DNA of 56,504 nt from Nemertoderma westbladi (lineage: Eukaryota; Animalia; Xenacoelomorpha), in the NCBI GenBank assembly GCA_032718475.1, contig JAUCBJ010000522.1, forward strand, positions 1 through 56,504, given 5' to 3'. The position numbers and the translations under genes are program-made. This document shows, piece by piece, positions 1-10,933 of this stretch; position 1 is the stretch's first letter; each line of letters opens with the position of its first letter. Under the pieces are notes generated by a model. It saw only the letters and a program-made list of their open reading frames with translations. It made no database searches and was not told the origin of the DNA.

Positions 1-3000
1 GAGCCATCGAATACGACTCGGACTTCATGGGGTTTACCGGGTTTGGGAACGTAATGATGTGTTAAGTAATACGTTCTCTCAGTCACTGGTGTTCCTTCCG
101 GTACTCGCTCCGCGTATCCCTTTGTTATAAATTTCTTCAGCTGAGTTTGGTACATTTCTTTCGCTGAAGCATTAGCTGTAAGGCGTCGATATAATTGAGC
201 GATTCTTTTCTCTGCCAAGGGTCTGTTATTTATAAATCTAGGTTCTCGTTTTCGAAATGGTAGGCCGATTTCATACCTACCTTGGTCCTTTAAAAAACGT
301 GTAGTTGTTTCCTGGATTTGCTTGGCTCTTTCTTCTTCTATCGATAGAGCCTTATCATATGAATTGGGCTCTACCAGTTCCTGAGTAAAGAATCGTACGG
401 CTAGTTCGTCCCGAGTTCTAGCGTTGTAGCGCTCTATCTCATCGTTGAGTTCGCCATTGTAAGCGATGGGTTCCGATGGGCGAATCAGTTGACATAGGTT
501 CACCTGATTTTTCCAAGTTTGGTTTTCTGTAAGTAAGTCGATTGTGTTCTCTTCATCGAAGAGTTGGTAGATGTCGTCATTATCTGAGGAGTATGGTGTT
601 CCCTCAGTTAGTTCGTCCACCTCACTGCTCTCCACTTCCCAATCGTTTACTTGGTATGTTTGTTCTTGTGGCATTCTCTCTTCGAGAGTCCTGCGGGAAG
701 GGCCAGTAAAGTACCAACCTACTCTAGTTCTTACCGCATAGGTTTGCAGTGGCTGTGGTTGAGCAGGCCGTTTCTCCAATGTCTCGAGCGCCTCATGCGC
801 GTTCTGGCCGATGAGTATTTGCACTCCAGGATAATCTGTCTGGAATCGAGGTATCTTAAGATGTTGGATGCTCTCATCCTCGTCCCAATTATAAAGGTCT
901 GCTTGAGTAGTAGCGAAATTCTTTATAGCCACCATTTTTACCGACCTTATACCTTGTGCTCCTAACTTATCCTGGGGGGTGGACAACACACCTACATAGT
1001 AATCTGCCGTTAGGGTAGATTTCCAAACCTGCATAATTCCTGACATATTCAATTTAGTCCGGAATTTGGGTTGTCCAGCAAAGATATCTTCGGCTAATTC
1101 TTGATCGATGAATGTTCCTGTGCTGCCAGAGTCAAGGAGTGCGTTCACTATGTAACTGTGGTTAGGACCGTGAACTCTTACCTGCACTACAGGAAATTCT
1201 CTGATTCCTACGTTGGAAGTTGGAGCTTTCCAAGATGGTTGTTTGGCAAAAGTAGTTGGGGGAAACTCATTGTTGGTGTCCTTTTCATAAGTAAGTGCTC
1301 GATACACTGCGGTATTGATTAGATAACAGGATTCGTTGGCGTCAGAGAATTCGTCAGTATAGAATCCTTCCATCTCAGATTCTTGATCAGTGTCGTTTAC
1401 ATCACTGAATTGGACATGTAGTTCGGGCTCACTTACCTGACTCAGTTTGTCTCGTTCGAACTCACTGTGTAACAAGATGTGATGTTTCGCGCCACACTTT
1501 GCACACTTTATGTCGGAGTAACAGGTTCGCCGTTGGTGTCCTGGTCTGAGGCAATTATAGCATAACCGCTTATCCCATACAACTGCACGTCTGTCTACAG
1601 GGGATTTCTTTAGAAATTCAGCACACGCACTCAAACGGTGGGTCCCGTCGCACAGCGCACAGTTAGGTTTTATGTTACTCACTTTACCTTGGGTAACTTG
1701 ATGCACTCTCGTTTTTTCTTCGGGTTTTCTTCGGTGCATTCTGTTAGGAGACTGAGGAGGGGTCTTGGCAACCTGTTCTCTCCTATCGTTGTTTCGAGCC
1801 TTGTATTTACTTACGTCTTTTGAGGTTTTGTCAACGTAGTAAGATCGATCGGTGTCTTTCCCGCTGTCCTCTTCTTGAGAAGCTTGGCTTTCGCCGTCGT
1901 CAGTGTAACACACCGGTGTTACTCTTCTCCTAGAAGCGGGTTTCTCACTTACCTTATTTTCCGATGTTTTCTCTCTGGACTGCTTGATGAGTTGTAGTTT
2001 TACTTCACCATCTAAGAAGGACATGAGATCAGCCATGGTAGGACTTCGTCGTTGTTGTTCATTCATGTACAACACTTTCTTGTCCCAGCGTGTACATACT
2101 CCACCCTTTGGTAAAGTAGAGACTACGGCTCCAATAACCATGGAACTCTGATATTCATGAGACTTACCTAACCAGTCCAATTGTCTACAGATCTCCTGAA
2201 TTTCATCGGAAAACTCTATAATCCTGCTACTAAGGAAGTGTCGGGGGGCTACTAATTTTGCATACAAATACTTAGCTATGTTATCCTTGTTACCATACCT
2301 GATGTTTAATGTATCCCATACTTGTCTTAATCCTTCTGGATGTCCAATAAACTTTAACGCCATTAACCTGGGAGGTCCTTCCAAGCACTTGATGAGGAAC
2401 CTAAGTTTCTCTCCGTTAGATAGTACAGAGTTTTGTATGCTATCTTTGTAATATTCGTTGAAAGGTAACCATTTCATCTCATCTCCATTGAATTTGACGA
2501 TCTCTCCCACTTTGACCGCTTGGCGGGCTTCTGTTCTAGCCATCTGACGCGTAAAGCTTTCTTGGGCCATCGTGTTATTTAATATCGAATTATCGGTATC
2601 TAAATTTCTCGGATCATTGTCAGGTCTATAGGGGATATCATTAATAACAGGTCTATAATCACCCTTAATAGGGTTTGCTATAGGAGTTTCTACTTCACTA
2701 GCAGTATAGATGCGTGTAGGCTCCACACCTTGCGCATGTAATACTTCAGACCTAACAGGTTGACACAATTTTACAGGGGGTATAGGTATACCTTTTTGGA
2801 TGTTAACTAATTTGTCGCGTTCTAGCGCGATACTTTGCTGCACTTCTTGCAATTCGGCCCTACCCTCCCTTACTGTTCCCTTAAGTTGGTAGACAGTCTC
2901 CTGCATCTGTCCGAGCAGGAGATTCATCCCCCGCCGTCCCTCCTCTACCCACTCGACCGCCGAAGCGGGAGTCGCCAACATTGTAGCGGGCTGGCGTGGG

Positions 3001-4865
3001 ACGACGGGAGACAAATCTTTGATTTCTCTCTCAGCTTCCAGGACAGGGATATTCTCATGGACTGTTCTACCGGGCACAGGCAGTGTAGTACTGTGTAAAG
3101 GGAATTTAGAGTTAAGTTCTGGAAGTACAGGGGTCTCTAACACAGGAGTGACTTTGGGAACGACAGGCCTAATTATTTCAGGCTCATCAACTATAGTAGG
3201 GAGTCTTTTGACCTTAATAATTTGGTCTGTAGGTTCTATACTACCTAAGTCTGGGCTAGCTAGTTGTCTTCTAACCGCTGGGGGCAAATCAGGCAATTTG
3301 TGACGGTGAGATGTTTTTCTACGCCTGCTTAGACGAGATCTATTTCCTCCGCCTTCAGGATCGGTGGTTTCGCTTTCCTCTGATGAGGTGTATCCCTGGC
3401 GTTTGGGAGTAGATCGACTCCTCATCTGCATTTGACTAGCAGTTAACTGTTTATTTATGCAATCTTGCGTCTCTTGAAGATTTTCCAACTCCAGTTGTGT
3501 GGTCTCTTCAGACGCCCTCTGTTCTGCTTCTGCCACTGCCTTTGCTGCTGCCACAGTCGCTTTTCTTTCTGCTTCGGCTTCTGCCGCCGCTGCCTTTCTT
3601 TCTGCTTCTGCTTCTGCCGCCGCTGTTACTGCAGCTGCCTTTCTTTCTGCTTCCACTTCGGCCATTGCCGCTGTTACTGCAGCTGCCTTTCGGTCCTCTA
3701 TCCTTTTTTTCTTTACTAGTTCTTCTTGGACTCTAGTGAGGCGGAGTTTTTCATCAAACTCAGCTTGGTTAGCAGCTAACATTTCAGCATCGATTGAGTC
3801 TAACACACGCTGGGTTCCTTCACTATTAGGGGAAAGTCCAGACAGCCGTCTCCTCAACTCTTCGTCTCCTAGGAATCTCTGATAGTCGGACAGATAAATG
3901 TCGATGGCGTCTCTCGTTCGTGGTCTCTCTGCGGTCTCTTCGCCTTCCACTTGAGAAAGGGTGGCATCGGTTGGTTCTTCATAGGTTAGTCTCTCAGACA
4001 GCTGGGATTTCCACTGGTCCGTTTCTTGTACTTTGAGACCTACCCGCTGGAACCAAGTTTTGACAGCAACCTGCAGCGACGTGTCCTGTCTTCTTTTGGA
4101 AGTTTCCTCAAAGGCTGATAGGATTAGTCTAATGCGTAGGGTTCTTTCGCGTACTTGATATAGCAGCTCTTCCTGCTCTTGAGGTCCTTGGGGTTGTCGA
4201 AACAGTTGTTCTTCCAATCGCTCCAAGGAGCCGAAGAATCCCTGCACATATCCTGCTGCCGACCTCTTCCTAACAGCTGGATCCATTGTATCTTTAGCCA
4301 CTCCCATCCTGTATATATCCTCCCAAGTGGCCTCGGACAAATCTAGCGGGAGTCTGGGTCCGGGAAAGTTCCATTGTGACTCGACAATAGATATCAATTC
4401 TTCCCTGGCGTATCCCGCATAATTATCTTGGGTCGCTCGCTTACTTCTCGCCCCATCGGCTTGATGTTCCTCCACCGCAATCAATATAGTAGTTAGCACT
4501 GCGGCAGGAAGGGTGAGAAGGGGGTCCGAGTAGGCTTTAGCCGCCATCTGCAATCCGCGTTCGGGGGTCAGCTCGACAGTATCCGAATTACTGGAGCTAT
4601 CGGATCGCTGGGAACAAGTTTCTTGACTAGGCTGTTGCTGCTGTGGGACAGCTGCTTCCTGGTTCCGTTTGACTTGGGCCCGAGTGCCGATGATAGACCT
4701 ACGGTGTTGGATTAGCTTAGGGTCTGATACTTCTACTGGAGGGATGACCTTTCTTTCAGTAGGAGGTGAGCTGAACTCCTTTCTTAATCGCTCCACACTC
4801 CTATCTGTGTCACAGATGGTTGTATCGATTAGACTGTCTGACAGGTTTTGCTGGGTGTCAGACAT
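1..4865 (-). CDS. BEL/Pao LTR retrotransposon gag-pol polyprotein, 5' part (>1600 aa, runs off the window start)
   Basis: Manual translation from the ATG at 4865 (MSDTQQNLSD...). It shows a DUF1759-type Gag segment (KFNGDEMKWLPF...EKLRFLIKCLEG...YGN, ~2500-2290), a triple zinc knuckle (CALCDGTHRLSAC...CYNCLRPGHQRRTC...CAKCGAKHHILLH, ~1660-1470), an aspartic protease motif (ALLDSGSTGTFI, ~1140-1105), ILIGQN and TRVGWYFTGP, and the start of a Pao RT (YYLTHHYVPK...VRVVFDGS, 1-70). The frame is consistent at every point checked. No ORF is listed in this frame, which implies no internal stop. Confidence 0.93.
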   Translation of the reverse strand, partial: MSDTQQNLSDSLIDTTICDTDRSVERLRKEFSSPPTERKVIPPVEVSDPKLIQHRRSIIGTRAQVKRNQEAAVPQQQQPSQETCSQRSDSSSNSDTVELTPERGLQMAAKAYSDPLLTLPAAVLTTILIAVEEHQADGARSKRATQDNYAGYAREELISIVESQWNFPGPRLPLDLSEATWEDIYRMGVAKDTMDPAVRKRSAAGYVQGFFGSLERLEEQLFRQPQGPQEQEELLYQVRERTLRIRLILSAFEETSKRRQDTSLQVAVKTWFQRVGLKVQETDQWKSQLSERLTYEEPTDATLSQVEGEETAERPRTRDAIDIYLSDYQRFLGDEELRRRLSGLSPNSEGTQRVLDSIDAEMLAANQAEFDEKLRLTRVQEELVKKKRIEDRKAAAVTAAMAEVEAERKAAAVTAAAEAEAERKAAAAEAEAERKATVAAAKAVAEAEQRASEETTQLELENLQETQDCINKQLTASQMQMRSRSTPKRQGYTSSEESETTDPEGGGNRSRLSRRRKTSHRHKLPDLPPAVRRQLASPDLGSIEPTDQIIKVKRLPTIVDEPEIIRPVVPKVTPVLETPVLPELNSKFPLHSTTLPVPGRTVHENIPVLEAEREIKDLSPVVPRQPATMLATPASAVEWVEEGRRGMNLLLGQMQETVYQLKGTVREGRAELQEVQQSIALERDKLVNIQKGIPIPPVKLCQPVRSEVLHAQGVEPTRIYTASEVETPIANPIKGDYRPVINDIPYRPDNDPRNLDTDNSILNNTMAQESFTRQMARTEARQAVKVGEIVKFNGDEMKWLPFNEYYKDSIQNSVLSNGEKLRFLIKCLEGPPRLMALKFIGHPEGLRQVWDTLNIRYGNKDNIAKYLYAKLVAPRHFLSSRIIEFSDEIQEICRQLDWLGKSHEYQSSMVIGAVVSTLPKGGVCTRWDKKVLYMNEQQRRSPTMADLMSFLDGEVKLQLIKQSREKTSENKVSEKPASRRRVTPVCYTDDGESQASQEEDSGKDTDRSYYVDKTSKDVSKYKARNNDRREQVAKTPPQSPNRMHRRKPEEKTRVHQVTQGKVSNIKPNCALCDGTHRLSACAEFLKKSPVDRRAVVWDKRLCYNCLRPGHQRRTCYSDIKCAKCGAKHHILLHSEFERDKLSQVSEPELHVQFSDVNDTDQESEMEGFYTDEFSDANESCYLINTAVYRALTYEKDTNNEFPPTTFAKQPSWKAPTSNVGIREFPVVQVRVHGPNHSYIVNALLDSGSTGTFIDQELAEDIFAGQPKFRTKLNMSGIMQVWKSTLTADYYVGVLSTPQDKLGAQGIRSVKMVAIKNFATTQADLYNWDEDESIQHLKIPRFQTDYPGVQILIGQNAHEALETLEKRPAQPQPLQTYAVRTRVGWYFTGPSRRTLEERMPQEQTYQVNDWEVESSEVDELTEGTPYSSDNDDIYQLFDEENTIDLLTENQTWKNQVNLCQLIRPSEPIAYNGELNDEIERYNARTRDELAVRFFTQELVEPNSYDKALSIEEERAKQIQETTTRFLKDQGRYEIGLPFRKREPRFINNRPLAEKRIAQLYRRLTANASAKEMYQTQLKKFITKGYAERVPEGTPVTERTYYLTHHYVPKPGKPHEVRVVFDG

Positions 4866-6199
4866 GTTTAGCTATACAGTTGAATGCTTACTGCTATAGT
4901 TACAGTTAAAGCAAGTCTAGTAATTCAGTATGACCGTTGGCCTAGTACCGGTAATTTATTGCAGTATATTAGAATACCGGTATGCACTTATAATATATAT
5001 ATAAGTATTGTAAACTAGGTTTGTCACAGAGTACCGGTATATAAATTTAGCACAAATATATATAAATATATAATAGGCCTATCGTGAATACCGGTATACA
5101 GCTTACACTTATAGTATATATAAGTGTAATTATGAACTAGAATTAATTACAGAATACCGGTATGATTTTAGCTCAAATTTATAGAAATAAATATAATAAG
5201 CCTATGGTAAATACCGGTATGTCAATTATTTTAGAATAATTGAATTTCTGAATATTTTAGGGTTACTTGGTTACTTTAACTTACTTTATTACCGTTATTT
5301 AAGCAGTAGTCCAACTGATATTGAGACCTAGTTGTTGTATGGCAGGCCTACTATTTATAAATCGTTTGAGTTGATTTATAATATTTATATACCCGTTTAA
5401 AATGGGTTTTTTCAATATTCGAAATAAATGTTATTATTTCTGGGGGGTCACTACACAGAAGCTGGGCGCTCTCAGTGAAGTGCTACCTATGGGACACTAA
5501 AACAGATAATTCTAATTTACCTAAGTTACTTAATACTACAAATTACTTACGATACGGGTGAGATTAAATCTCTAATTAAACACAACAAAAATATTACGTA
5601 CGAAATTTTAGGGTAATTTTACAGGAAGTCTACAAACCAGCCTAACAAAGGGTTAGAATTCTGGTTATTACAACGGACAGGGTACTACGGTATTTGAAAA
5701 TAATAAGTAGTAGTAAATACACTGCGTTGTCCAGATAGGAAGATACCACCGCCTGACGACCTATAACCGTATCGCTATAGGTACTACGTTATGTATCACG
5801 GAGTGTTCCTACCTAGAAGTTAATTACCGCGGACTACCAGATCCAGCGTGCCTATTAACCACTTTACAACACAAATATACTGCCTACACACTAATTACCT
5901 CGGAAAGCACTGTACACTAAACCCTAAATTAGGTACAAGTACTGGTACAACAAATAATCAGTAGTTAAATATACTTGAACAGTTAAAAGAACCACGGCAT
6001 CTGCTGGAGTGACCGAAGCACAAAGTCACCAGTCTTTTCCTACGCCAAGCAGCCCGTGTAGTACCGGGGTTAATTTAACTATAACGGTATGTGTAACAAA
6101 CACAATTACTGTAGGAATAAACTTGGGGACATGAATGTTGCGAATAATCGCATAAACTCTGAATAATAAATATTACGCTACCCGTACAGAATACTCAAA

Positions 6200-6741
6200 C
6201 AAATACAAACCAAACGCTGGCAGACTACCACCAAGCCTAAATAAACTACTGTATGTGCAGATTCCAAAATGGTTAGTTAGTATGCGTTCTAACACGGTAG
6301 TACGACTTATTCTTTAAGAGGGGATTGACCTTACAGCTATGGCTGCCCCAACTTACAAACTGGCACTTCATCAGACAAACTCTACACAAGCAGCAATCTC
6401 TTCAGACCTAATAATAGCTAGACAACAATCCAGCCTACAAAATATCTGAGTAATAACTATTACGGTACCTGAACAGACCACACAAACAAACACAGGCCAA
6501 AACGCTGGCAGAGTACTGTCAAGCCTAAATAAACTACAGTATGTGCAGATTCCAAAATGGTTAGTTAGTATGCGTTCTAACACGGTAGTACGACTTACTC
6601 TTTAAGAGGGGATTGACCTTACAGCTATGGCTGCCCCAACTTACTAACTGGCACTCTATCGGACAAACTCTACACACGCCGTAATCTCTCCAAACCCAAC
6701 AACAATCCGACAACAGTCCGGCCTACAGTTATCTGAGCAAT
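6200..6741. repeat. Two-copy ~288-bp direct repeat in the retrotransposon leader
   Basis: The block aagcctaaataaactac...gattccaaaatggttagttag...ggctgccccaactta occurs at ~6233-6355 and again at ~6521-6643. Confidence 0.85.
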
Positions 6742-8368
6742 CTGAGCAGACTTACACGTCTTCAGCTCAATATTAACTTACTAGGAAATAAAACTGACAG
6801 AAATAAGTAAACTATACAAAAGAATGAGGGGTGATCAATCCCTATTCCCCTGGCAGCCTACAATATACTATAGATCACAATCGAAATAATACTAATGTAC
6901 TTGTACTGGAAGTACCGGTTAGGACAGTTGGGCCTACGGACCTACAGAAGTACCGGTTCTGGCAGTTGGACTTACGGACCTACAGCAGTACCGGTTCTGG
7001 CAGTTGGGCCTACTGACCTACAGAAGTACCGGTTCAGGTTTACCGGTCGACCGGTACTTTCAACTTTATTGCTTACTGCAATAAAGACAATAACTGTTAT
7101 TGTACGCGCTTTTGAAGACCTTTAGCAGTTTAACCTGCCAAAATTTATATGTCTTTTGGTTTATAAATATACTTTAGAAGTTGACAAATATTTAATACCA
7201 ATAAACACAACATTAGCAGAAGCCAGCCTAGTGCGCGTCCATTCACCCGCTGGATATACCCGGGAGACTGGATTCTGAGGGCTTAGATTATTATTGCAGT
7301 GTAAGCTTACTGTATTATTCGATTGATCGTTAATAAATAATTTCTGACTAATATTATTCACTTTCGGGAAATATTAACAGTTCCTTTAGGACGTGGCGCT
7401 CTATCTAGGTAAACAGAGATATGACTTATACTAATCACAACGGTAAGTCGGTAAGGCTTATGATTCACGTATGAGGCGCATTCTTTAGGAAATGCTTAGT
7501 TATCAGTCACAATCAGGCACACTACCGGTAACACACAATACTGCTCACTAATTTGCCGACCGTCAATGAATTTTATCATATATAAAGCGAACAGCAACGG
7601 ACTCATGTAGTGCTTATCAAATAGCATTAAATTCACTACAAACCACAATAATATAAGTCGCAATCGCTATATATAACCCGTCTCTCTAACCTGTAGTGTA
7701 TCAAGAAAATTGGGAAATTTGGGTTCTTTATAAATGTTCTCCAAATAGTATTCAACCAACTGATACAAAATATGACAACAGTAAAAACATTAAGACGGTA
7801 GGTTAAGATATGATATGAACAACAGTATGATATGTGATATATGATATGGACTGGACTGATAACAGTTATACGCTCTATAATCTTCAGCCTACTAATGTTT
7901 CTTCTAAAGTATGAAAACGAATTGACTCTAGAGCCGGTGTTCCTGGCCTAGATAGCAACAACAAAACTATATCAAGAAAAAACAGTAAGACTGAACACTC
8001 CTAGTATCATCGGCCGAATATCTACACGTCGACAGAAAAAATCGCTCTGATTGGCTCAAGCCAAACAAAGAACCATGCGTCCAATGGCTGTTTCCATGCC
8101 AGCAACCAGCTGCTAGATGTCGCAATCTGAATCATCAAGGCCAAGCCGTGTAAAGGTATTTGGTGCATTGCGGGTTTTTTGCCTTACCATGTCCGCCAAA
8201 GCACGTATATAGAAGAATGACTTTTATGTCCGTTAAAACACCTGTAACGGTACCTTGCGGGCGAGGGGAATATATATACAGTTAGAGAACCTTTTAGAGT
8301 ATTCCAGCGCCTGGGGGGAAACTGGATTGCGAAGCAAAGGGGCCAGTTATATCCCACAGAAGCTTTTA

Positions 8369-8402
<34 letters not shown>

Positions 8403-8409
8403 CGGAGTG

Positions 8410-9620
8410 AATACTAGAGGTCTCGCTACGCGGACCTAAATATATGGGCATTGCTTGATAATACTGTATGTTAGTTTACGAATAAGTTTCCATTAATAGT
8501 AAAGTAATTTACATTCGTCGCAGCAAAATATCATAAATTAAATAAAACGTCATGAGTTTACAAATGTGTGCCGATGATGGTAGATAAGTTTTTCGAGAAG
8601 TTTTGCATTTTTCGTCACATTTTTAATAGTTAGGTGAAAGATAACAAAACGATAAGACGCCGTGTATTTATAGGGATAATTTATTATTGTATTAATATTA
8701 AATAGTTTTAGCTTAGTTAATATACTGATCCTCCAGCTGACAGATGAGTAAATACAGATGAGCCTTTGCGTAGAGGTGCAATTTGTGGACTTAGTTATTC
8801 GCCCCCTAGCGGCAGACAGAGGAACTGTAAAAGTCTGTCTTTGAGCAGAATTTATTTATTCAGCAACGCTCGAAGGTCACTCCTACCGAATGTCAGATGA
8901 ATCTGATGGTTGGTTCTATAATTACGGCTACTTTTAAGTTTCTGTCAATTGGATGAACTACAGAAGTATGATAGACTACACGAAGTTGGGACTTCGCGCA
9001 GCACGAAGTTGGCGAAGCCTTAGCGAATTGACACTGTTAGGGGGTGGGTCAATTTATGCAAATAGTTGTCGTTGTCACGTTGGCCCTCTAGCGGCAGACT
9101 GGAGAACTGCAGATGGATTCGCCTCCTTTGAAAGTCACAGCTAATGGTCTAATACATATCTGCCAAGTTTCAGCTTAAACGGATTAAAAGCAAAGAAATG
9201 GGAGGGCATTTAATGTTTAGACATGTGGCCCTCTAGCGGGAGACCATTGCACTGATGGTGTCTGAAAGTCTCTCAAAAATCTCAACTTTTGCTCATATTG
9301 ATACCTACAAATTTTCAACTTGGCAGCTTTAAATCCGACAAAGTTATTAGCATGTCAAAATCGTAACGACGACGACAACGACGACGACGACGACAACGAC
9401 GACGACGACGACAACTATTTGCATAAATTGACCCACCCCCTAATAGTGTCAATTCGCTAAGGCTCCGCCAACTTCGTGGCTCGCCCCACATGTGTACCAA
9501 GTTTGGTTCTATTCCATCCATGATTGACCTACTTATTAGCATTAAAACATTTCCGACAACGACAGCGACGGACGGGTCCACTAATGATACCCCTACGCTA
9601 AGGTTCACCTGGACTTTAAC
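8410..9620. mobile_element. Non-autonomous repeat cluster with ~75-bp inverted repeats and a (CGA)n microsatellite
   Basis: 9002-9077 is the reverse complement of ~9405-9478 (gaagttggcg..gccttagcgaattgacact..gggtcaatttatgcaaatagttgtcg). A gccc(c/t)ctagcgg-like motif recurs at ~8800, 9083 and 9228, with related copies at ~14320 and 14446. Family not identified. Confidence 0.55.
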
Positions 9621-10553
9621 ATTTTCTAGAATTTGAATTACTTTTGTTTGGCTTGCTCTTTCAATCTATTCTAGAATATTGATACTGGGCGACTTTCACT
9701 AATATTTACTCAGCTGTTAAATCGTGAATTTATTTCACGTGGCTAGCCCCAAACAGTCTATTATAAACACAAAATAAAAGTTTAAATGCAAATTATTATT
9801 ATTAGTCATCATTAAAAAAAACTCAAAACAAGGGGAAACTCATACATCACGGATCCATTACGCATTGCAGAGTCGAGTAAAAAAATACGTGGAAGGTATA
9901 AATAATATGTCCTCCTCAGCCAACTTGCGATTGGCTTGATTCCCAGACCGGACCCAAACATAGGGAGCATCGCTTCTTCGAGTAACGGTAGCATTTCTTT
10001 AAGTATACTAAATAATTATCAAACTTAGTTTAAGGATTTATATAAATAAACTAGTTGAATTGTAAACAAGCGGAACTAGCGTAATGGAAAATATGAAATA
10101 CTGAAACATCTTATTCAACCTATTTGTTAAATATTGTTAGGCCTACTGTTAAACTGTACCTCCAGTAAAGTAAGCGTAAAGCAGTAAAGTGCTTCCAAAG
10201 TTATTTTAATACGATTTTGGGAAAATCTTAGTTAACTCTTACTAGTTAACGGCAAGTTTAGACCAATTCATACTAACTTCGTAGCAATTTGGGTTTGTGT
10301 GCAGATTAAAAGGGAAGTAACACGTACTGTACCCCTTTATTTTATTGATTGGCGGTTTGGTTAAATTTCTCAAATACCCTACATATTTCATGATAAAATC
10401 GCTCAATTATAATTTGTGTCTCATAGGTGAGCCTCGCGCTGCGCGAAGGCCCCACGAACGTGTCCTATTCGATTTCAATGTAGTGCCAGTTTATGTTTGT
10501 ACTTGTCTGTATTAAATTCTGCACTTATTCATAAACTCACAGGAATATGACAA

Positions 10554-10563
10554 GGGGAACTCC
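10554..10563 (+). promoter_or_regulatory. Candidate NF-kB site upstream of caspase copy 1
   Basis: GGGGAACTCC matches the consensus GGGRNWYYCC and lies ~370 bp upstream of the likely ATG. Motif match only. Confidence 0.3.
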
Positions 10564-10933
10564 ATAAATAATGGCTAGCATGTTGTACTGTAATTACCCC
10601 ACCCGACCCTCAAGACAGTCTTTATTCATGTGGGAATTTTATATTGGCAAGGAATATATACAGTATAATATGTGATATTTATTCCTGCGGCGGTAATTGA
10701 ATATTATAAAGGGGATATTTGCTTAGATAACATTATTACTGAATAATTCCAGATAATAATAAGTTTATTCTGATAAGACTGTAGATTAGCATGAAATAAT
10801 TAAATTATTAATTAATTATTCACATAAATATGTCGATATGAGTGTACATGAAAAAACTAAAATTAATAAGCATTTTTCGTATTTTGGTCAAAATAAGACG
10901 TTGTTTAAACAACATCTACGCCATCGTATTGTC

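Larger units (their letters stand above)
1..8240 (-). mobile_element. BEL/Pao LTR retrotransposon (5' half); long leader and tentative 5' LTR start
   Basis: Coding region as above. The minus strand reads TGTTTTAACGG from 8240, a BEL-like LTR start, and CCAAT boxes lie at ~8050 and ~8081. The boundary is unverified because the second LTR is outside the window and no convincing PBS was found. Confidence 0.5.

Noticed and set aside
3465-3882. Plus-strand Cys-, Leu- and Ala-rich ORFs
   Set aside because: Antisense shadows of the repetitive coiled-coil segment of the BEL/Pao polyprotein.
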